25,208 nucleotides of DNA, from positions 1 through 25,208 of IMG/VR virus record IMGVR_UViG_3300017747_001595; one strand, 5' to 3'. Both the position numbers and the translations under genes were made by a program. A model generated the notes under the pieces. The model searched no databases. It was not told where the DNA came from and was given only the letters and a program-made list of their open reading frames with translations. Origin of the DNA: a virus. Its lineage: Duplodnaviria; Caudoviricetes. Below, piece after piece: positions 8,394 to 16,408 of this stretch (its first letter is position 1; each line of letters starts with the position of its first letter).

Positions 8394-9608
8394 ATGTTAG
8401 ATACACCTAGCGTAGTAGTGAAAGACAAAGAAGAACGCCGCCTGAGCAAAGTTAAGATTGCCATTATGCGTAATCCTAAGTTTGCCTTGTGGTCAGGCTT
8501 GATGACTGTGGGTAAGACGAGAGTTGATGACAATGTTCCGACCGCTTGCACTAATGGGCGTGACGAGATTTATGGGCGTGAGTTTATTAAATCGCTTGAC
8601 GACAAAGAGCTTGCCTTTGTTGTGCTACATGAAACATTGCACAAAGCGTATCGCCACTTGTTCACATGGAAGAAGTTGCATGATGAGAATCATCAGATTG
8701 CGAACATGGCTTGCGACTATGTTATTAACTTGCAGTTGCTAGACATGGATAAAGAGCAGTCAGTAATCGCCATGCCTACTCGTGCAGGTAAGGCAATAGG
8801 TCTAGTTGATGAACGCTTCCGCGGGTTCAACACTAAGCAAGTGTTTGATATTCTCAAGGAAGAAGAACCCGATGGTGGCTATGGTGGGGGTGATGGGTTT
8901 GACGAACACGATTGGGAAGGTGCGAAAGAACTCAACGAAGAAGATAAGAAAGCTCTTGAGAAAGAAGTTGACCAAGCCCTACGCCAAGGTGTTATTAACC
9001 ATAACAAGATAGCAGGTAAGGGTGCAGGTGGTATGAATCGTGAGTTAGGTGATTTGCTTGAACCCAAGGTAGATTGGCGTGAGATGTTGCGTGAGTTTGT
9101 GAAGGCTACTTGTAGTGCGAAAGATGCAAGCTCATGGCGTAGGGTTAATCGCAGATACCTGTCAGGTGATACCTATATGCCTAGCTTAATAGGTGAAAGA
9201 GTTGGGCATCTGGTGATTGGTATTGATACGAGTGGCTCTATCGGTAATGCGGAACTCAACGAGTTTCTAACCGAGGTCAAGGGTATTGCGAATGAGGTTC
9301 ACCCTGAGAAAGTGGACTTGATGTATTGGGATACTGAAGTAGCAGGACACGAGGAGTATGGATACCACGAGGTAGATAACATTGTTAGCTCTACTAAACC
9401 TAGAGGTGGTGGTGGAACAGACCCTACTTGCATGATTGCATACATGAAGGAGAAGAACATCAAGCCTGAGGCAATCATCATGTTGACCGATGGTTGTATT
9501 GGTCATTGGGGTGACGAGTGGGAATCTCCAATCTTGTGGACTATCTGTGGACAGTGGGGGAAGAATACCTATGCACCTATTGGCAAGACTATTCACATTG
9601 GTGACTAA
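8394..9608 (+). CDS. DUF2201-type protein: HEXXH putative metallopeptidase plus C-terminal vWA domain
   Basis: TACTNG...HETLH...ACDYVIN in the N-terminal part; MIDAS IDTSGS, GGGGTD and LTDG in the C-terminal part. Confidence 0.85.
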   Translation: MLDTPSVVVKDKEERRLSKVKIAIMRNPKFALWSGLMTVGKTRVDDNVPTACTNGRDEIYGREFIKSLDDKELAFVVLHETLHKAYRHLFTWKKLHDENHQIANMACDYVINLQLLDMDKEQSVIAMPTRAGKAIGLVDERFRGFNTKQVFDILKEEEPDGGYGGGDGFDEHDWEGAKELNEEDKKALEKEVDQALRQGVINHNKIAGKGAGGMNRELGDLLEPKVDWREMLREFVKATCSAKDASSWRRVNRRYLSGDTYMPSLIGERVGHLVIGIDTSGSIGNAELNEFLTEVKGIANEVHPEKVDLMYWDTEVAGHEEYGYHEVDNIVSSTKPRGGGGTDPTCMIAYMKEKNIKPEAIIMLTDGCIGHWGDEWESPILWTICGQWGKNTYAPIGKTIHIGD

Positions 9609-9618
9609 GGAGAAATAT

Positions 9619-9870
9619 ATGAAAGCAAAGATACAGATTGGCTACAAGACCTATGTGGTTGACCATGATAAGGCTATTCAGATACTAACAATGTTAGATG
9701 AGGCTGAGTGCTACGACAGTCAATACCACAAAGATGTGGGTGATGGTAAGGGTTCATACACTACGCATTATGTGTATGCACAAGAAGATATTAAGACGCA
9801 TAGCTTGGAGTTTATACCTGACAAGCTATATGCAATGTGGAAATTAGCAGGTAAACCAACGAAGGAGTAA
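9619..9870 (+). CDS. Hypothetical protein (83 aa)
   Basis: AAGGAG RBS before ATG 9619, preferred to the track start at 9490. Confidence 0.75.
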   Translation: MKAKIQIGYKTYVVDHDKAIQILTMLDEAECYDSQYHKDVGDGKGSYTTHYVYAQEDIKTHSLEFIPDKLYAMWKLAGKPTKE

Positions 9871-9874
9871 CGAT

Positions 9875-10051
9875 ATGGCTGAACTAACAATGAAACCATG
9901 CAATTTGACAAGGGAAGAATGGGATTTTTTATTGGTGGTATTCCAAGACTATGTAGATAACTTAGATTCTTCTGAATCCACAGTTGAGATGCTTAAGGAA
10001 ATACACCAAAAGCTATTTTTTATGGACTATTTAATCCAACAAGGGGAGTAA
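9875..10051 (+). CDS. Hypothetical protein (58 aa, MAELTMKPCNLTREEWDFLL...)
   Basis: AAGGAG RBS; fills the gap exactly. Confidence 0.7.
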   Translation: MAELTMKPCNLTREEWDFLLVVFQDYVDNLDSSESTVEMLKEIHQKLFFMDYLIQQGE

Positions 10052-10053
10052 TC

Positions 10054-10917
10054 ATGAGTATATCAAGTAGTGCAGTATTGGCAGAGTTGAACATTAGTGT
10101 TTGGACTGCTAACAAGTTAGACCGAGGTGCGACTGATGCGGTGCTTAGCAATGCGAGTGCTAGTAAAGATTCGGCACAGGTTCGCAAGAACTTAATGGCA
10201 GGAACTGACAAGCGTAAAAAGATAGCTGACTACGCTGCTAGGGCTAGGCTCTACCACAACCAGACTACTTTGCCTTGGTCAGATAAGGGTAGCAGACTAC
10301 TACCAACGAGTTTGTTCATGGAGTATAAGCAGAACATGAACACAATCAAAGGCAACATGAACGCCATGATTGAGGATTTCTATACGAACTACGAGAACTT
10401 AGTTGAGCAAGCTAAGTTTCACCTAGGCGATTTGTTCAACGCTGAAGATTATCCTAGCCTTGACGAGTTGCAAGGTAAGTTTGGTTTCCGCTTGGTGTTT
10501 AGTCCATTGCCTGAGTCAAATGATTTCCGCTTAGACATACCGAAGAATGACTTAGATGAAATGGCTAAGGACTATGAGCTAGCTTATAAAGATAGATTGG
10601 CTGATGCTATGCGTGAGCCTTGGGATAAGTTGCACAAGTGCTTAGGTCATATCTCTGAGAAGTTAACGGCAGAGGTAGGTGTTGATGGTCAGGAAATTCC
10701 TAAGCGGTATCACGATACCCTTATCACCAATGCCACAGAGTTGTGCGGTTTATTGACGCACTTGAATATCACCAAAGACCCTAAGTTGGAAGAGGCACGC
10801 CGTTCACTTGAGCTAACAATGTTAGGTGTTGACATTGATGATATTAAAGAACACGCAAGTGTGCGTAATGATGTTAAGTCTAAGGTTGATGAAATCTTAG
10901 GTAAGTTTGATTGGTAA
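10054..10917 (+). CDS. Conserved helical phage protein, possibly DUF3150-like
   Basis: LNISVWTANKLD...TLPWSDKGSRLLP pattern and position next to the AAA+/vWA pair. Family call is from memory and unverified. Confidence 0.5.
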   Translation: MSISSSAVLAELNISVWTANKLDRGATDAVLSNASASKDSAQVRKNLMAGTDKRKKIADYAARARLYHNQTTLPWSDKGSRLLPTSLFMEYKQNMNTIKGNMNAMIEDFYTNYENLVEQAKFHLGDLFNAEDYPSLDELQGKFGFRLVFSPLPESNDFRLDIPKNDLDEMAKDYELAYKDRLADAMREPWDKLHKCLGHISEKLTAEVGVDGQEIPKRYHDTLITNATELCGLLTHLNITKDPKLEEARRSLELTMLGVDIDDIKEHASVRNDVKSKVDEILGKFDW

Positions 10918-10927
10918 GGAGATGAGT

Positions 10928-11794
10928 ATGTTGCAATTGGAAAATGTAGAGTTCCCAAAAGAAACCGATAAGAATGGTATAGAAGTTGTAGCCACTATGG
11001 ATACTTACTTAGCACCATTAGTTGAAAAGCTGGCGTTAGCACACCCTGAGTGGCAGTTCAAGTCGCATCACTGCCGTAAGTTCTACGGCACTCATACATC
11101 AGGCGCAGACTTTGCTATGGTGATTGAACGAGTTAAGGTCATGGATAAATACGAAGAGCTGGGCTTGCTCGGCACTGACTACACAAGTAAGGGTAAGAGG
11201 TTTTATGTAAGCAATCACCGAACCGAAAAGATGCGTGAACGAGGTTCGGGTATGAAAACTATTCACCTTGATAAAGCGTGTAAGCACGTGGATAAATACT
11301 TTGGTCGCATGAATCATGGCGAGAAGATTGAGCAAGCGTCACTAGAAACTAAAGATGCGACATATCGTGTGATGCAAGATTCTTGGTATCCGATGCGAAA
11401 TGCTTGGCAAGCGGTAGAAGAAGTAGCTAAGAACTTTGTGGTTGATAACTTAGATGCGTTTAAAAGTTATATGCAGACCAATAGTAATACTAATGCTACG
11501 CAGATAGAAGCAGTAGATAAGTTCCCATCGCTATTGGCAGAGCATACAGGTATGCAAGCTATACATAGTAGTGTAGAAAAAAATCAACACATACTTGTTT
11601 TATTAGATGGAATGAATTATATTGTCAAACACAACAATCAGGTGGAAGTTAAAACTAGTGAGGAGTTGCCTGATTTTGTGCGAAGAGGAGTGGGTATGCT
11701 TAAGCTAGTAGAAGTAAAGCACGCTATCACCAACATTGGTGTTAGGGTAGATGAAACTACATTTGCTTTGATACCACCTAACAATGTTAGTTAA
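10928..11794 (+). CDS. Hypothetical protein (about 288 aa)
   Basis: TAAGGAG RBS with proper spacing to ATG 10928. Confidence 0.8.
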   Translation: MLQLENVEFPKETDKNGIEVVATMDTYLAPLVEKLALAHPEWQFKSHHCRKFYGTHTSGADFAMVIERVKVMDKYEELGLLGTDYTSKGKRFYVSNHRTEKMRERGSGMKTIHLDKACKHVDKYFGRMNHGEKIEQASLETKDATYRVMQDSWYPMRNAWQAVEEVAKNFVVDNLDAFKSYMQTNSNTNATQIEAVDKFPSLLAEHTGMQAIHSSVEKNQHILVLLDGMNYIVKHNNQVEVKTSEELPDFVRRGVGMLKLVEVKHAITNIGVRVDETTFALIPPNNVS

Positions 11795-11806
11795 TAAGGA
11801 GTTAAC

Positions 11807-12010
11807 ATGAAACAATTTTTTAAAGTAGTCAAGCAAGCCCTTGAAAAGGCTAAGCCTAAACCTGCTATGGCGTTAGACAAAGATTCAAAGTTTGTCTATC
11901 AGAGTGGTGCTGATGTGCAGAAAACATGGCGTAAGTATGGTTGGATACCACCAACAGAATATCGTGAGGACTACGAGTTTGCAAAGAATAGGGGGGTTTC
12001 AAATGACTGA
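11807..12010 (+). CDS. Hypothetical protein (67 aa)
   Basis: AAGGAG RBS; contains DVQKTWRKYGWIPP. Confidence 0.75.
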   Translation: MKQFFKVVKQALEKAKPKPAMALDKDSKFVYQSGADVQKTWRKYGWIPPTEYREDYEFAKNRGVSND

Positions 12011-12191
12011 TACCCCTAATAAGAAAGGCAGAGGATTAGGTAAAAAGCCTTCAATGCAGTATGTGGCGGTTAGGGTTAGTAGAGAAGTCTATGACTTTTA
12101 TAACTCGTTTCCGTCACGCAGTAAAGCCATGCGAATGGCGTTAGAAAAATTTGTTAACGAAGAAAAGGAAAAGCAAAATGAAACAAACTAA
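12003..12191 (+). CDS. Putative ribbon-helix-helix DNA-binding protein (62 aa)
   Basis: Basic arm KKGRGLGKK, alternating strand QYVAVRVS, helix REVYDFYNSF, then SRSKAMRMALEKFV. Confidence 0.6.
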   Translation: MTDTPNKKGRGLGKKPSMQYVAVRVSREVYDFYNSFPSRSKAMRMALEKFVNEEKEKQNETN

Positions 12192-12675
12192 AACACAAAA
12201 AGTAATGAAGTATATAGCTAAGCACCCTAGTGCTAAGGCTAGTGAAGTAGCTAAAGCCACAGGCGTAGCCGTATCTCTTGTATACGCTATTATCAGCAGG
12301 GCTAAGAAGGGCGGTAAGTTAAACCCTCTACCGCTTACAGGCATCACACCTAGCCAAGCTAAAGACTTAGCTTTCCAAATAAGCCAAGGTCGTAGCAAGA
12401 TGCGTGGTCGCCCACCTCGTATGAGAACTATTGCTGAGTTTGTTAGTGATACTCCAATAGCCACACGCATGGCAACGGCAGCCGATAACGTGAACCACCC
12501 TTCGCACTACAAGACAGGTGGTATTGAAACGATTGATTTCATTGAGGCGAAAGGCTTGAGCTATCACTTGGGTAACGTAGTTAAATACATTACTCGTGCT
12601 GAACACAAAGGCAATCGCAAGGAAGACTTACTCAAGGCTCAGTGGTATTTGAACCGAGCTATTGAGAAACTGTAA
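12178..12675 (+). CDS. HTH-DUF3310 fusion protein
   Basis: N-terminal KASEVAKATGVAVSLVYAI (HTH). C-terminal DNVNHPSHY..GGIETIDFI...GNVVKYITR..HKG..EDLLKAQWYL (DUF3310 signature). Confidence 0.8.
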   Translation: MKQTKTQKVMKYIAKHPSAKASEVAKATGVAVSLVYAIISRAKKGGKLNPLPLTGITPSQAKDLAFQISQGRSKMRGRPPRMRTIAEFVSDTPIATRMATAADNVNHPSHYKTGGIETIDFIEAKGLSYHLGNVVKYITRAEHKGNRKEDLLKAQWYLNRAIEKL

Positions 12676-12887
12676 TACAGAGAAGGGGGATTGATACACT
12701 GACTGCTGAGTTGCCTTGTAGGTGTAAAGGTAATCGGTGTCACTAGTTGACCCCTTCCCCTTAACAGGGTTTATTTCTCAGCTAGTGAACTCATAGTCCG
12801 AGGGTGGCGGATAACCTACATATCCACCCACTTCCCATACACATAACAATGTTATGTCGTGTCTAAAAAATAAATCATAAAAACCCC

Positions 12888-12915
12888 TTGACAAAGTCCA
12901 AGACCCTTGTATTAT
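12888..12915 (+). promoter_or_regulatory. Putative promoter P5 with operator-like TTGACAAAGTCCA
   Basis: TTGACA-16 bp-TATTAT; same architecture as 21227-21254. Confidence 0.7.
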
Positions 12916-12921
12916 TAGGGC

Positions 12922-13257
12922 ATGGCACTCACACCCGAAAAGAAAGTTAAGAACAAATGCGTTACGCTAATCAAAGCGTTTAACGTGTATTATTTCTTTC
13001 CTTCAATGAACGGCTTTGGTCGTAGCGGTGTGCCTGACATTATCTGTTGTGCTAACGGAGTATTCCTAGGCGTTGAATGCAAGGCTGGCGATAACAAGCC
13101 AACCGAGTTGCAATTGCTTGAGATGAAAAAAATCCGAGACGCTGGTGGTAAGACGCTTGTGGTTAATGAGGAAAACATAAGCGAACTTGAAGAGTTACTA
13201 AAGGAGCTAACGAATGAGAACCGAGGACATGAACAAGGGCGTGCAGATATTACTTGA
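12922..13257 (+). CDS. VRR-NUC / Holliday-junction-resolvase-like nuclease
   Basis: TPEKKVK...GVPDIICC...GVECKA...PTELQ, a PD-(D/E)XK motif set. Confidence 0.85.
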   Translation: MALTPEKKVKNKCVTLIKAFNVYYFFPSMNGFGRSGVPDIICCANGVFLGVECKAGDNKPTELQLLEMKKIRDAGGKTLVVNEENISELEELLKELTNENRGHEQGRADIT

Positions 13258-13627
13258 ACGAATCAAGAGCAACCCCGAAGAATTTACACCTGACATAGTA
13301 GGTAGGTATCCTGAGAAGTGGCGTGCTGTCTTGCAACAGGTAGAGGGTCGTGCCAACGATAAAGCCTGTAGATATTTAGACTTTCTTTCTGACGCAGAGA
13401 TTGCTGAAGTATGGCGTGCCATACAAGACGTAAGGGGAGACCAATTCACCAAGCAAGTTATGGACACGCTACTGCGTGATGGGGAACTATCACTCACTTC
13501 TGACCTTGGGCTTGGCGAAACGTCAAATTTAGAAAAGTTGCTTGAGGCAAAAGCAAAAGCTGAAGTAAATAAAGCAAAAACCATGCAAAGAATGGCACTA
13601 CTAAATCGTATCGCAGGTGCTAAGTGA
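13214..13627 (+). CDS. Hypothetical protein (137 aa)
   Basis: AAGGAG RBS; abuts the polymerase start. Confidence 0.75.
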   Translation: MRTEDMNKGVQILLERIKSNPEEFTPDIVGRYPEKWRAVLQQVEGRANDKACRYLDFLSDAEIAEVWRAIQDVRGDQFTKQVMDTLLRDGELSLTSDLGLGETSNLEKLLEAKAKAEVNKAKTMQRMALLNRIAGAK

Positions 13628-15444
13628 AAGTAATTGGCTTAGACTTTGAGACCTACTACTCAAAGACCTTCTCGCTGACCAAGCTGACAACGGAAGAATA
13701 TATCCGTTCACCTGAGTTTGAGACGATTGGCGTATGCGTGCAAGTGCAAGGCGAACACCCTGTGTTCTTTAGCGGTACTAAGAAAGACACAAAAGCTTTC
13801 CTTGATTCATACGAGCTTGATAAGCACATGGTCGTTGCCCACAACGCTATGTTTGATATGGCTATCTTGAATTGGCAGTTTGATATTCGCCCTAGGGCTA
13901 TTGTCGATACGCTGTCTATGGCTCGTGCAATACATGGAACAGAAGTTGGCGGTAGCTTGGCTAAGTTGGCTGACCACTATGGCATCGGTCAAAAGGGTGA
14001 CGAAGTATTTAAGATGGAAGGCAAGCGTCGTCTAGATATATCACCCGCTGATATGGATAGGTATGGTGACTACTGTATCAATGACGTGGTGCTGACCTTA
14101 GCCCTATTTGAAAAGATGGTTGCGAACTTCCCGATGGCGGAGTTGAAGTTGATTGACCTGACCATTCGTATGTTCAGCGAACCTACGCTTACATTAGATG
14201 CTCAAGTGCTACGTGACCACCTTGATGAGATTCGGTTCAAGAAGCAAACGCTATTGAAGACAGGGTTGAACAAAGAAGACCTCATGAGTAACGACAAGTT
14301 CGCAGGGTTGCTTGAAGCGTATGGTGTTAAGCCACCACGCAAGGTTAGCCCAACAACAGGTAAAGAAACATGGGCATTCGCTAAGACCGATGAAGGGTTC
14401 AAAGCACTCCTTGAGCATGAGAACGAAGATGTGCAGTTACTTGCAAGTGCAAGACTTGGTATCAAATCTACGATTGAAGAGACACGCACCGAACGCTTTA
14501 TTGACATAGCTGACCGTGGCTTATTACCCATACCCCTACGCTACTATGCAGCTCATACAGGGCGTTGGGGCGGTGACGACAAGGTAAACCTACAAAACCT
14601 ACCTCGTGGCTCAAAGCTTAAGTATGCAATCAAAGCTCCGAGTGGATACGTGGTTATCGATAGCGATTCGTCTCAGATTGAGGCTCGCACATTGGCGTGG
14701 TTGGCTGAACAGAACGACTTGGTTGATGCGTTTGAGAAAGGCGAAGATGTATACAAAATCATGGCGTCTTCTATCTATAACAAGGACATTACACAAATCA
14801 CAAAGGATGAACGTTTTGTCGGTAAAACGACAATCTTGGGGAGTGGCTACGGCATGGGGGGAAAGAAATTCCAAGCGCAACTCAAGAACTTCAATGTGGA
14901 TATTGCAGAGGAAGAGGCTAGCCGTATCGTCTCGGTTTACAGGGAGACCTACGAGTGGATACCTGTGTTATGGCAGAAAGCGCATAAGTCATTAGATGCA
15001 ATCTTGAATGACCAAGCGATGGACTTGGGTCGTGGCGGTGTGCTGAAGGTCGAGGGTAAGAAAGGCATACGCCTACCGAATGGGCTGTACATCAAGTATC
15101 CAAACTTGCGCCAGGTAGAAAATGAGCAAGGCAAACTAGAGTATGTGTATGACACCAAGAAGGGCAAAGCTACCATACCTAACCGAATCTACGGCGGTAA
15201 GGTTGTGGAGAACGTCTGCCAAGCACTAGCCCGAATCATCATCGGCTATCAGATGCTCATCATCGCTAAGAAGTACAAGGTCGTAATGACTGTGCATGAT
15301 GCTATCGCAGTGGTTGTACCTGAGGCTGAGAAAGAAACGGCTCAGGAGTTTGTTGAGATGTGCATGAGGTTGCGCCCTGATTGGGCGTTGGAGTTACCAC
15401 TTAATTGTGAATCAGGAGTAGGAGCTAGCTATGGAGATTGTTAA
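13624..15444 (+). CDS. polA: Family A DNA polymerase with 3'-5' exonuclease domain
   Basis: Exo I LDFET, Exo II AHNAMFD, Exo III YCIND; HTGRW..NLQNLP; motif A DSSQIEAR; motif B RFVGKTTILGSGYG; motif C TVHDA. Confidence 0.95.
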   Translation: MKVIGLDFETYYSKTFSLTKLTTEEYIRSPEFETIGVCVQVQGEHPVFFSGTKKDTKAFLDSYELDKHMVVAHNAMFDMAILNWQFDIRPRAIVDTLSMARAIHGTEVGGSLAKLADHYGIGQKGDEVFKMEGKRRLDISPADMDRYGDYCINDVVLTLALFEKMVANFPMAELKLIDLTIRMFSEPTLTLDAQVLRDHLDEIRFKKQTLLKTGLNKEDLMSNDKFAGLLEAYGVKPPRKVSPTTGKETWAFAKTDEGFKALLEHENEDVQLLASARLGIKSTIEETRTERFIDIADRGLLPIPLRYYAAHTGRWGGDDKVNLQNLPRGSKLKYAIKAPSGYVVIDSDSSQIEARTLAWLAEQNDLVDAFEKGEDVYKIMASSIYNKDITQITKDERFVGKTTILGSGYGMGGKKFQAQLKNFNVDIAEEEASRIVSVYRETYEWIPVLWQKAHKSLDAILNDQAMDLGRGGVLKVEGKKGIRLPNGLYIKYPNLRQVENEQGKLEYVYDTKKGKATIPNRIYGGKVVENVCQALARIIIGYQMLIIAKKYKVVMTVHDAIAVVVPEAEKETAQEFVEMCMRLRPDWALELPLNCESGVGASYGDC

Positions 15445-15675
15445 ATGAGACAAGAGTTTGAAGATTTTATGGTACGAAGAGGCGTATCTACTTTTACTAA
15501 AGCATCTAAGCATAAGTACAAAAGTGCGAAGCTACAAGAGCTATGGGAAGCATGGCAGAACGGCTGGCAGTTTGCCGTGTACGCCCAGCGTATGATGGAT
15601 GAAAAAGAAATAAACACCCTTAGAGCCAACATAGCCCTAGCGATGACTGTGCTAGAGAACAAGCGTAAACCATGA
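15445..15675 (+). CDS. Hypothetical protein (76 aa)
   Basis: GGAG RBS; starts immediately after polA. Confidence 0.7.
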   Translation: MRQEFEDFMVRRGVSTFTKASKHKYKSAKLQELWEAWQNGWQFAVYAQRMMDEKEINTLRANIALAMTVLENKRKP

Positions 15676-15851
15676 GACAGCTAAGAAGCCAATATAAAAC
15701 CGTGTGGTATCAGATACTAGACGAGAACGGCAACAGGGTCAGGCGGTTTCAAACACACGAAGAGGCTGAACACTTTGCTGAAGAGTGGGAAAGCATAGAG
15801 AAAGTAACTGTAATAAGAGAGGCATACGTGCCCGAAGAAGCACCGTTTTAA
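15672..15851 (+). CDS. Hypothetical protein (59 aa, ends EEAPF)
   Basis: ATGA coupling; fills the gap. Confidence 0.6.
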   Translation: MRQLRSQYKTVWYQILDENGNRVRRFQTHEEAEHFAEEWESIEKVTVIREAYVPEEAPF

Positions 15852-15858
15852 GGAGAAG

Positions 15859-16053
15859 ATGATGGATGAAACTACTAAAGACTACAAGGCTTGGCTTACC
15901 AAGCTAAGAAACTTTTTGATTGTATTGCTCGTTGGCTTTGCCCTCGGCAGTATGGTGGCTAACGCTACGTTTACTTATCACTTACAACAGGACTGTGACA
16001 CCATGAAGCAGTTTCGCATCGGCAAGTTAGCTTATACCTGCATGGTGAAGTAA
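15859..16053 (+). CDS. Small membrane-anchored protein (64 aa)
   Basis: AAGGAG RBS; hydrophobic FLIVLLVGFALGSMVA followed by two Cys. Confidence 0.7.
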   Translation: MMDETTKDYKAWLTKLRNFLIVLLVGFALGSMVANATFTYHLQQDCDTMKQFRIGKLAYTCMVK

Positions 16054-16130
16054 TGGAATGGGTTATAGTCGTGTGCCTTGTAGTTATTGTTTACAGGCTT
16101 GAGTGCATCTTGAAGGAGCTAAAGAAATGA
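16053..16130 (+). CDS. Micro membrane peptide (25 aa, MEWVIVVCLVVIVYRLECILKELKK)
   Basis: TAATG and ATGA coupling on both sides. Confidence 0.55.
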   Translation: MEWVIVVCLVVIVYRLECILKELKK

Positions 16131-16408
16131 GAAAGGTAAGCATACGGACAGTTGAAGGTGATATTCGATTGGCACGTAGCGTTGCTAATGGAACAACCAA
16201 GTTTCCTTTTCTTGGCTACTGCGCAGACCAGATGGCAAGAATGCTTGAAGAGATTAAAGAGTCAAGAAAGAAGAAAGAGTGGCAATACCTAACAGACGAT
16301 GAGATTAAAGAAATCGTTGGTAGTTATGGTAACGAAGGCGGTATCGGTGGCTATACCCGTGAATTGTTTAACAAAATAGAAGCGAAGATAAGGGAAAAAA
16401 ATGTTTAG
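16127..16408 (+). CDS. Hypothetical protein (93 aa)
   Basis: AAGGAG RBS before ATG 16127; contains EWQYLTDDEI...IEAKIREKN. Confidence 0.7.
   Translation: MRKVSIRTVEGDIRLARSVANGTTKFPFLGYCADQMARMLEEIKESRKKKEWQYLTDDEIKEIVGSYGNEGGIGGYTRELFNKIEAKIREKNV

Larger units (their letters stand above)
1801..12854. repeat. Dispersed palindrome TAACAWTGTTA, 22 exact copies
   Basis: Starts at 1801, 3002, 3127, 3261, 3864, 4309, 4463, 4652, 4869, 5516, 6095, 6596, 7109, 7229, 7590, 7990, 8389, 9377, 9686, 10814, 11779 and 12844. Confidence 0.95.

Noticed and set aside
1801-12854. Palindrome array as a CRISPR array, REP/MITE or peptide repeat
   Set aside because: The unit is only 11 bp, spacing is irregular (120-1200 bp), flanks share no extended homology or target duplication, and intragenic copies use different frames.
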